A stretch of DNA of 11,422 nucleotides, taken from the NCBI GenBank assembly GCA_036012755.1, contig DASCPX010000180.1:1-11422 (forward strand). Reading direction: 5' to 3'. Each line of letters starts with the position of its first letter. Within the stretch, counting starts at the first letter, position 1. This stretch comes from Myxococcota bacterium. Lineage in GTDB: Bacteria; Myxococcota_A; UBA796; CAJQPC01. Below are positions 1-6,460 of the stretch, piece after piece. Position numbers and translations under genes: made by a program. The notes beneath the pieces are model-generated. The model was not told where the DNA came from and searched no databases. It saw only the letters and a program-made list of their open reading frames with translations.

Positions 1-204
1 GTCCGCTACGAAGGTGGCCTCGCGCTGTCACACACGTGGATGGGCGAGCCCACGCGTGATTGCGAGTTCCGCTACAACTACCTTCACGAGACCTTCGACG
101 GAGAGAAACTGGGCTACTTCAGCTCGTCCCAGTCACATCCCCACTGGTTCCGGATCCATGAGAGTCGGCCGAGAACGCCTGCATCCATCGCACTGACGTT
201 GTAG
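1..204 (+). CDS. 3' end of a hypothetical protein running in from the left edge (possibly interrupted near ~160 by the downstream IS)
   Basis: Frame 1 is open from base 1 to TAG at 202-204 (VRYEGGLALSHTWMGEPTRDCEFRYNYLHETFDGEKLGYFSSSQSHPHWFRIHE...). Codons are mostly G/C-ending until ~160, then rarer codons appear (AGT, AGA, CCT, TTG). Not in the supplied ORF track. Confidence 0.5.
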   Translation, partial: VRYEGGLALSHTWMGEPTRDCEFRYNYLHETFDGEKLGYFSSSQSHPHWFRIHESRPRTPASIALTL

Positions 205-272
205 AGAAGCCGATCCCCTGGGATGGTCCCGAGGGTGTCGGCCGCGGGCCATCTGGCACATGCACATCCCGC

Positions 273-296
273 GACCGCCTCCAGCGGAGGAAGGTC
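273..296 (+). promoter_or_regulatory. Hairpin sequestering the transposase Shine-Dalgarno
   Basis: GACC-G-CCTCC-AGC-GGAGG-AA-GGTC: CCTCC (278-282) pairs with GGAGG (286-290), and GACC (273-276) with GGTC (293-296). Confidence 0.5.
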
Positions 297-299
297 AGC

Positions 300-953
300 A
301 TGGCAGGTGGAAGGCTCGAGGTCACGTTCAACCCGGAGGATTTCTCCCGGCTCCCCGACTCGGTCACGGAGGGAGCGGTGCAGCTGCTTGACCTCCGGCA
401 GCGCGGGAGGCTCGATGAGCTCGCAGAGCACGTGCGCATCCGGCGCGAGGGCGGCTTCTGCGGACTCGACGTCTGGCTCACGCTGCTGGTGTTCTTTGCG
501 GCCGGCGCCGGCGTCGGGTTCAAGAAGTTCTGGCAAGACGCCGCGGGGCGTCATTCCCGTCAGCTTGGCGCGCTGGTGGGGCGCAAGAAGCTGGTGTCGC
601 CGTCGTCGCTGTCGCGAGCGCTGGACGCTGTGGACCTGGAGCTCGTCCGGCCGGCAGCGAGCTGGCTGCTGGCCGAACTGCCCGGCCTCGACGAGGTCCT
701 GAAGCACCCGGCGGTGCGGACCTACGACACCCTCGGCGAGGGCTGGCACGTCTTCGACGTCGACCCCACGGTCAAGGCCCTGCGCCACCGCGCGCTGCCC
801 GTGGGCGAGGAGCTGCCCGAGCCCTCGCGCCGGTCCGAGGACACCGTCGCGCCCGGCTACAAGGGCCGCAAGCGCGGAGACGTCGTCTTCCGCCAAGCCA
901 CCGTCCAGCACGCCGGCTCGGGCGGGTGCCGGTCTATCCTGCTGGACTTGTAG
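300..953 (+). pseudogene. 3'-truncated DDE-type IS transposase (N-terminal ~208 aa; family uncertain, IS4/IS1380-like superfamily)
   Basis: GGAGG SD at 286-290 before ATG 300; strong GC3 bias. Has an SxSSLSR helix motif, a 'WHVFDVDPT' first catalytic-Asp strand and 'APGYKGRKRG', typical of the GY-x-x-K-R-G segment after the first D of DDE transposases. Composition changes abruptly at ~924 and the frame stops at 951-953, before the second D and the E. Confidence 0.7.
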
Positions 954-1173
954 GAGGACCGCCGAGCAGCGCGTCGCCTTGCTCAACGCAGACGTCGAGG
1001 ACGACACAGACGGTTCTCTGTTCACGCACGAGGTTTCACTTGAATGGGTCGAAGTGCCGGTTGGACACCAGACCTTTCTCTTTCCTATGTGCAGGCTCTG
1101 CATGGTGCTGCACGGCAAGCCGGTGAGCAAGCCCGTTGGTACCTGGTTGCCTGGGGAAATCGGCGAGGTGTAA
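925..1173 (+). pseudogene. 5'-truncated remnant of a small CxxC...CxxC zinc-finger-like protein
   Basis: Frame 1 from the breakpoint reads GAGLSCWTCRRTAEQRVALLNADVEDD...FPMCRLCMVLHGK...GEIGEV*. CWTC is at 940-951 and CRLC at 1090-1101. The track ORF 979..1173 omits the first CxxC; there is no in-frame start between the stop at 700-702 and TTG 979. Confidence 0.45.
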
Positions 1174-1198
1174 CCACGCGTGGTTCCTTTCGATATCG

Positions 1199-1870
1199 TC
1201 AGGGCAGCATCGTGCGGTCTCGCTCGCTCGCCCCGTCGGCGTTCTTGTGACCTCTATTGGCGGCGTGCATCCCCAACAGGTCTTTGAGTTTGGCGCGGGC
1301 GCAGTTCTCTGTGAGGCGGTGCCCTCCGCCCTCGATAAGGTCTACCCGGAAGCCAGCGTCCCCCAAGAGTCGAACCTGAGACGCTGGGCATTGTGGGTCG
1401 TCCGCTCCGGAAATGATGTGGAGGCGGGCTCGGAGATGGTCTACTGCTGGTTCGGGGGCGGAATCGTGGCCAAGCATCCACTTGCGGATCTTGGCCGATC
1501 TTGGGGGGCGATAGCCGAGTCGTCCAGTGCCACCTTGAAAGAGAACAGGGCTGATCAGCAACAGTTCCGGCAGGGGGTCACCAGATTCAGCGAGGCCAAC
1601 CGCGTACGCAAGCGCAATCCATGCCGAGAACGAGTGGGCAAGCACCAAGTCGGTTGGCGATACTCGAGCGCTCAGAAACTCGACTTGATCAGCAAACGTC
1701 CTAGCGAGAAAGTCGTCATCGAGCGGTATTCGCAGGAAGGTGGTTGGCCACGAGATTGCCTCGACCACGTCGCCCGGGGGTGGCAACAGTTCTTCCGGTC
1801 CTACGGTGTCACCGCGACCCGGGAGGTACAGCGTTCTTGGAGTCTGGGTGCCGGTCAAAGCTCTTCCCAA
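1199..1870 (-). CDS. Alpha/beta-fold hydrolase (small esterase-like)
   Basis: 'YLPGRG' oxyanion-loop-like strand, nucleophile elbow AHSFS (GxSxG variant), 'LLLISP', acid in 'ISGADDPQCP', His in 'IEGGGH'. GAGGAG SD upstream of TTG 1870; an alternative TTG at 1858 overlaps the upstream gene's TGA. Confidence 0.8.
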   Translation of the reverse strand: MGRALTGTQTPRTLYLPGRGDTVGPEELLPPPGDVVEAISWPTTFLRIPLDDDFLARTFADQVEFLSARVSPTDLVLAHSFSAWIALAYAVGLAESGDPLPELLLISPVLFQGGTGRLGYRPPRSAKIRKWMLGHDSAPEPAVDHLRARLHIISGADDPQCPASQVRLLGDAGFRVDLIEGGGHRLTENCARAKLKDLLGMHAANRGHKNADGASERDRTMLP

Positions 1871-3186
1871 TCACCGATCTCCTCTGAGAACCTGCCCCAA
1901 TTTGGCTCAGCCCAAACTGCCTCAAGCCATTCGCGGAGAACTCGGAAACACCCCAATGAGGGCGGACGGTTGTTCTCGGCACGGAACTCCGCCAATTCAA
2001 TCCCGTGCTGTGGTGCCTCATTCGGTCCGCCGTCCCCTTGTGTCCTTCGAAGAACGATCGCCGCCGGTTCCGGCCACGCCAGACGGTAGGCCAGATAGGC
2101 GCCTTCCTTCAACCGATTGGTCCAAGTGGCACGCCCGATACAGATTCCCAACTCTCGACCCAATTCCCAAGTAGCCTTTGAGTCAGGCAAGAACTCGATC
2201 AACCCGGGCTCCCCGGGCAAAGGCACCGCCGCGAATTCTATCGGTTTTGCTGGCCCTTGCGATTGATACCGACGGAGGGCTTTGCAGACGGATCGATGCA
2301 GCCCCTTGACCGAGACGAGCTCCTGCCGCTCGACGCCGCAGGCCTCCAGGGCCGTGAGTACCTGGTGGAGCTTCCGGGGGCGCCGATCAAAGGTTGTTTG
2401 TCGCGAAATTTCCTCCAAGAAACGCTGACGCAGTTGCAGGCCGAGTTCACGCTGAACCATCAGCGCACCAATGACACCGGAGTTGATCCGCTGGATATTT
2501 CCCAGCGCGGCCAAGGTTCGCTGAGGGTCGCGGGCAAGCAAGGATTTTAGGTCCAGGGCGAACGTGCTCGAGACGGAAACAGCCGGAACGCGCTCGAATG
2601 CTCGAATGACGCCAGGCGAGTGAGGGAATCCCATGTCGTCCAGGACTGCGGCCGGCGTGAACTTGGCCATGAGACGCCGCACCCTGCCAAGATGACGTTT
2701 GCTCGGTCCCCGCGGGCTGACCAGAAAGCCGTTGGCGATGAGCCATGTCAGCATAGGTGCTCGGATTGCGAGTTCTTCAAGTTGAGAGCCGCCGGTCACG
2801 AGCGCGTTGAAAAGGGCGTGGTGGTTCCCCCGAAACCGGCCGAGGAGCGGTGCAAGCCTATCCCAGTCGGCCAGGTCGTCTGAGAACTGGGCCCAGGCTG
2901 CTGGCCCGACTGACCGCCGCATTGGGTCTGAGGCAAACTGGGAGGAAAACCACTCGGGATCAGATCGGCGAGCTCGGGCCAGGCGAACCCAGGGTCGAAA
3001 GAGGTTCACGGTTGTGCGGCTGTAGTGCCAAGATCCGTGTTGCCCGATTTTCCTCGAACAGCTAAGCAGCCGGCCCTTGGCCCGGAGGCAGTGGATTTGG
3101 CTGGGGGCGCCAGTGCGGAAGGCGATGAGGGTACTGGTCGAGCGGCGGTAGTAGTCCCCAGGTCGAATTGGTTGACCACTACTCAT
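1855..3186 (-). CDS. PcfJ-like domain-containing protein
   Basis: 443-aa ORF. C-terminal 'WELGRELGICIGRATWTNRLKEGAYLAYRLAWPEPAAIVL...ELAEFRAENNRPPS' matches the PcfJ-like pattern (EGxxMxHCV..Y....G...Y.L..P.rAT......Q..G..N) in degenerate form, after a helical Arg/Leu-rich region. Stop overlaps the hydrolase start. Confidence 0.6.
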   Translation of the reverse strand: MSSGQPIRPGDYYRRSTSTLIAFRTGAPSQIHCLRAKGRLLSCSRKIGQHGSWHYSRTTVNLFRPWVRLARARRSDPEWFSSQFASDPMRRSVGPAAWAQFSDDLADWDRLAPLLGRFRGNHHALFNALVTGGSQLEELAIRAPMLTWLIANGFLVSPRGPSKRHLGRVRRLMAKFTPAAVLDDMGFPHSPGVIRAFERVPAVSVSSTFALDLKSLLARDPQRTLAALGNIQRINSGVIGALMVQRELGLQLRQRFLEEISRQTTFDRRPRKLHQVLTALEACGVERQELVSVKGLHRSVCKALRRYQSQGPAKPIEFAAVPLPGEPGLIEFLPDSKATWELGRELGICIGRATWTNRLKEGAYLAYRLAWPEPAAIVLRRTQGDGGPNEAPQHGIELAEFRAENNRPPSLGCFRVLREWLEAVWAEPNWGRFSEEIGDWEEL

Positions 3187-3246
3187 TCGGGCGTTCCTGG
3201 AGCGAAAAGAAGTTGCGGCGAGTGCGAACAGCGGCAGGGAGACTAC

Positions 3247-4014
3247 TCATTTCTCGGCGTCGTAATCGTGGGGGAAAATATTCCGCAAGATCCGGTCCGA
3301 GACAGTTCCATCACGCGCCAGTTCGCGCACTGCTTCAAGAAGGGGCCTTAGGTTTGGGTGGTCGTCGTAGTGCCGAATGAGATCGTCAATGAGAGTAAGC
3401 GCTTGGCGCTCGGTGCACCCTGGTCCGAAGCGAGCCTCCAACTTGTTGAGCCCTCGCCATCGTTGATCTCTGGTCCGGGATTTTTCACGGGAAACCGCGG
3501 CATCGAGCAGGGCGTCAACTTTGGCGATCAATGCGGCTTGGTCGTCAATCTCGTCGCCGCGCTCCTGGAACTTCCTCTTGAGCTCCCACAACTCTAGCGG
3601 GTCTTCATCGTCAAGGTGAATCAGTGTGCGAGGGAATGGTTGCACGTGGACACCACGGTCCTGTTTCACCTCGGGCTCAGGGATCGTGGCGCCCGTGATG
3701 AGACCAAACAAAATCTCCGCGCATAGTCTTGCTTCATACGCCGCCACAGCGCCTTCCCCAAAGTCGCCAGGGGTGAGGCACAGCATGTGGAAGGCCGGGG
3801 AGGACATCCCCAAGGCGCGAGGGGCAGCAAGTTCGATTTTCAGGCCGCCACGCTTCTCGCCGCGCTCGATCATGCCAATGTAGCCGGACTTCACCGCACC
3901 ATTCTCGTCGATTCCGTGTGCTTGCATCACCCGGCCCAGCGCGCTGGCCAACTCGGACTGCGTCATGCCGCGCAGCGCCCGCCCGAGTTTCAGACCCTTC
4001 GCCAAGCTCGGCAC
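3247..4014 (-). CDS. XRE/Cro-C1 family HTH transcriptional regulator with an unknown C-terminal helical domain
   Basis: N-terminal 'LKLGRALRGMTQSELASALG...SGYIGMIERGEK' is the HTH_3 signature, with an insertion in the turn. GAAGGAG SD upstream of GTG 4014. Confidence 0.8.
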   Translation of the reverse strand: MPSLAKGLKLGRALRGMTQSELASALGRVMQAHGIDENGAVKSGYIGMIERGEKRGGLKIELAAPRALGMSSPAFHMLCLTPGDFGEGAVAAYEARLCAEILFGLITGATIPEPEVKQDRGVHVQPFPRTLIHLDDEDPLELWELKRKFQERGDEIDDQAALIAKVDALLDAAVSREKSRTRDQRWRGLNKLEARFGPGCTERQALTLIDDLIRHYDDHPNLRPLLEAVRELARDGTVSDRILRNIFPHDYDAEK

Positions 4015-4113
4015 GACGCAACTCCTTCACCCACGGGCCATCATCCTATAGCCTTAGCTGGCGCGAAAATCGAGACAAAACAGCCCGCCGCGAGTAGATA
4101 TGCCGACTCATGG

Positions 4114-4131
4114 TATCGATTTATATCGATA
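4114..4131. promoter_or_regulatory. Candidate operator: perfect inverted repeat TATCGAT-N4-ATCGATA
   Basis: TATCGAT-TTAT-ATCGATA is an AT-rich dyad in GC-rich DNA, ~100 bp upstream of the XRE gene start. Confidence 0.45.
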
Positions 4132-4612
4132 GTACGCCCGTCTGCCGGAAACGCGGTTGACCAACGCCCAGCGCATCCGCAGCCTGATCGTAAGACCCGA
4201 CTGCGCCAATAATCCCGACCACGGAGCAGTCGGAACGGCGGAACATCGCAAACTTTAGAAAACACCGACGCAGCGGACCCAAAGAGCCGACTTGGCAATC
4301 GCGCGCACCAGCGACGCCATGCTGAACCGCCCACCCGCCGAAACCCAGGCCCCCATCAAAGACGCGGCGGAGCGCCCCGCGGAGGGCAATTCGAAGCAGC
4401 TACCCAGCCCCCGGCGGCAGCTGCAGTTGCCGCACAATCTGCACCGACCATTTCAGGGGGCAACGCGGAGATCACCACGCGGCCACTGGAGCGGTGCCAT
4501 TACTGCATGGAGCCACGTCTTTCCCCCAGGCTGTCGGCGAAGCAACAGACCCGGCTTGCGCCGGGCGCGGAAACGTAGCCCAACGACGGCAGGCACCCAT
4601 CGCAACCCTCGC

Positions 4613-4816
4613 TCATTCCTCCTCAATACTGAAAGCAATGAGCCGGCGGACACCAGCCTCTTGCCCTCGCAGGTGTTCGAGTTGCTCGGCAACGAGTGAC
4701 AGCGCTCTCGTCAACCGCTCGGCCTCGTCCTCCCGTTCTTGAACCTCCCGCCGTATTGACTTGAGCAAGTCTCGTGCCGGATCCACTGTAGTTTTTGGCG
4801 CCCTATCCCTTGGCAT
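4613..4816 (-). CDS. Small coiled-coil hypothetical protein (67 aa)
   Basis: ATG preceded by AGAGGAAG. Heptad-like E/R/L-rich helix (LLKSIRREVQEREDEAERLTRALSLVAEQLEHLRGQEAGVRRLI). Confidence 0.55.
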   Translation of the reverse strand: MPRDRAPKTTVDPARDLLKSIRREVQEREDEAERLTRALSLVAEQLEHLRGQEAGVRRLIAFSIEEE

Positions 4817-4885
4817 ATCTTCCTCTTGGCATGAGGAAGAGAGTCTATCGTGTACTGCCCTGGCGACAACTGGCTGAAGCAGCGA

Positions 4886-5467
4886 TCAACACAACCGCAG
4901 CACCCGAAATGAAGCGACTCCGCCGAAGCCCAGGGACAGGTCCTGGCCGACCACGACGCGGCCAGTGATGCACTGCAACTCGGCCATGCCTTCGCCCCGC
5001 TGGGCTTGGATGCGGTAGTCGGTGTCGCTGCCGCCGCCGGGGGCGCCGCGGTGCTCGACGGTGAGCACTGGTACCAAGCGCTCCTGCAGGGAGTTGCCGC
5101 CGTGCACGAAGGGCACGTCGCGGTCCCCGCGGTCGAAGAGCTCGATGCCGCGGGGCATGTGCAGCACGCGGTCGGCGCCGGCGCCGGTGTAGGCCAGGTC
5201 GTGGAGCGCGACGCGCTGCAGGGCCCGCTCGCGGAGCAGCTCGTCCCGCAGGATGTAGCGGGAGCGCGGCTGGTTCTGGTGGCCTTGGGGCAGGCGCTTG
5301 GGGTGGGTCAGCAGCAGGAAGCCGTGGTCGGCGGTGAAGACGAAGCGTCGGATGCCGGCGTTGCGCAGCTTGCGCCAGGCGGCGACCAGGTTCTCCAGGG
5401 CCCGGGGGAACTCCGCGGCTCCTCGAGCGCCGTGGCCAGCCTTGTCGATGTCATCGCTCTCGACAGG
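4886..5467 (-). pseudogene. pglZ: Internal fragment of a BREX PglZ alkaline-phosphatase-superfamily protein (resembles BREX type 6 PglZ), truncated at both ends
   Basis: 'SDDIDKAG...AAWRKLRNAGIRRFVFTADHGF' (TADHGF at 5318-5335) and 'FVHGGNSLQERLVPVL' (HGG at 5096-5104) are PglZ core motifs. PglZ-like sequence spans ~4917-5465, and the last ~10 codons to the stop at 4886 are foreign lower-GC sequence. The part of track ORF 4886..6007 above ~5467 is antisense of the esterase. Confidence 0.8.
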
Positions 5468-6016
5468 GAGAGCGTCTCCGCGGAGGTGTCGGTGGACCAA
5501 GACCGCATCCACGTCAATGGCGAGTCCAACGGCGGCCTGATGACCCAGCGCATCGCTCGCGAGGCGACGTCGCTGGCCGCGAGCGTCGGCGTGGTGAACG
5601 CCGCCCAGCCCGCGAACAACGACTGCGGCGACCCGACCGGCCCCATCCCCATCGCCTTCATCGTCGGGACCGCCGACGAGACGATGCCCTGGGACGGAGG
5701 CAACGCCGGCCCCGGCGAGATGCTCTCGGCCGAGGACACCTTGGCGTACTGGCACACACTCGACGGCTGCTCGGGGGACGGAGCGACCGAGGCCCTGGCC
5801 GATCTGGACCAGGACGACGGCTCGACGGTCGAGCTGCAGACCTGGAGCTGCACCGAGGCCGATGTCGTCCGGTACGTCGCCGAGGGCGGGGGCCATGTGC
5901 CGCCGAGCATCGACCAGCAGACCAGCGACACCTGGGACGCGTTCGCCGGCGAACAGAACCACGACCTGGAGACAGCGCACGCGCTGTGGGCCTTCTTCGA
6001 GGCGCACCCGAGATGA
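5468..6016 (+). pseudogene. 5'-truncated LpqC / PHB-depolymerase-family esterase (alpha/beta hydrolase), C-terminal ~182 aa
   Basis: 'VDQDRIHVNGESNGGLM' nucleophile elbow (5519-5536), 'IVGTADETMPWDGG' acid, 'EGGGHVPP' His, 'ALWAFFEAHPR' C-terminus. The N-terminal oxyanion (HG) region and signal peptide are absent, replaced by antisense pglZ sequence. Confidence 0.8.
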
Positions 6017-6043
6017 AAGCTCGCTGCGCCGCGCGGCATGGGA

Positions 6044-6056
6044 TAGGTTGAACCCG
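6044..6056 (+). promoter_or_regulatory. Possible -10 element (TAGGTT) giving a leaderless transcript starting at GTG 6056
   Basis: TAGGTT (TAnnnT) at 6044-6049 ends 6 nt before the start codon; no SD upstream of GTG 6056. Confidence 0.35.
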
Positions 6057-6400
6057 TGAAGCGCGTCCTCCTGCTCCTAGGTGCTGTCGCCTGGCTCGTC
6101 GCCAGCTTCGCCACCACCGTGCACGAGATCGAGACCCAGCACGTCGTCTGCGCCGAACACGGCGAGGTCGTCGAGGTCCACGGCGGCGAAGTCATCCCCG
6201 ACGGTGTCCACGTCAGCGCACCCGACGGCCACGAACACGGCTGCGCGTTCGACCTCGTCGGCGAAGACACCATCGAGCTCGCAACAGCCAGCACCGCGCC
6301 GCTGCTGCTCCCGAGCGCCCGGAGTGTGCTCCTCGACCCGAGCCAGGCCCCCCGCGGCCCGCCGCTCGTCGACGCGCCGAAGACCAGCCCGCCCGCCTGA
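6056..6400 (+). CDS. His/Cys-rich exported leader protein, DUF2946-like, with C-terminal RGPP and PKTSPP motifs
   Basis: N-terminal KR + hydrophobic signal/TM segment, HxxCxxH (HVVCAEH) and HxHxC (HEHGC), 7 His and 2 Cys, Pro-rich tail APRGPPLVDAPKTSPPA. First gene of a metal-uptake operon. Confidence 0.75.
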   Translation: MKRVLLLLGAVAWLVASFATTVHEIETQHVVCAEHGEVVEVHGGEVIPDGVHVSAPDGHEHGCAFDLVGEDTIELATASTAPLLLPSARSVLLDPSQAPRGPPLVDAPKTSPPA

Positions 6401-6413
6401 GGATGACGTTCTC

Positions 6414-6433
6414 GACGGGCTCGATCGCCCGTC
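6414..6433 (+). promoter_or_regulatory. Hairpin between the leader gene and the porin gene (possible attenuator element)
   Basis: GACGGGC-TCGATC-GCCCGTC, a perfect 7-bp stem followed by pyrimidine-rich CTTGTCTCCTCC rather than a U-tract. Confidence 0.45.
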
Positions 6434-6460
6434 CTTGTCTCCTCCAGCAATGGCACGGGT

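Larger units (their letters stand above)
925..4915. mobile_element. Lower-GC accessory segment (horizontally acquired or mis-joined); no integrase or ends recognised
   Basis: Spot counts by eye: 34/60 GC at 2161-2220 versus 46/60 at 8041-8100. Many A/T-ending codons. Bounded on both sides by truncated high-GC genes. Confidence 0.5.

Noticed and set aside
1136..2089. 317-aa plus-strand ORF
   Set aside because: Antisense to the hydrolase and PcfJ-like genes, which carry recognisable motifs; this one has none.
915..4930. Similar GGCTnnGGCGG sequences in inverted orientation at the two ends of the lower-GC segment as att sites or TIRs
   Set aside because: Short, imperfect, made of common Gly codons in GC-rich DNA, and no recombinase is present.
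4886..5467. A functional BREX system in this window
   Set aside because: Only an internal pglZ fragment is present; no brxC, pglX or other brx genes.
4886..6016. Track ORFs 4886..6007 (-, 373 aa) and 5006..6016 (+, 336 aa) as intact overlapping genes
   Set aside because: Each is half real and half antisense of the other gene; the motifs switch strand at ~5466.
6017..6055. Zur/Fur box upstream of the metal operon; GCCGCGCGGC palindrome at 6028-6037
   Set aside because: No AT-rich dyad is present, and an all-GC 10-mer palindrome is expected by chance at this composition.
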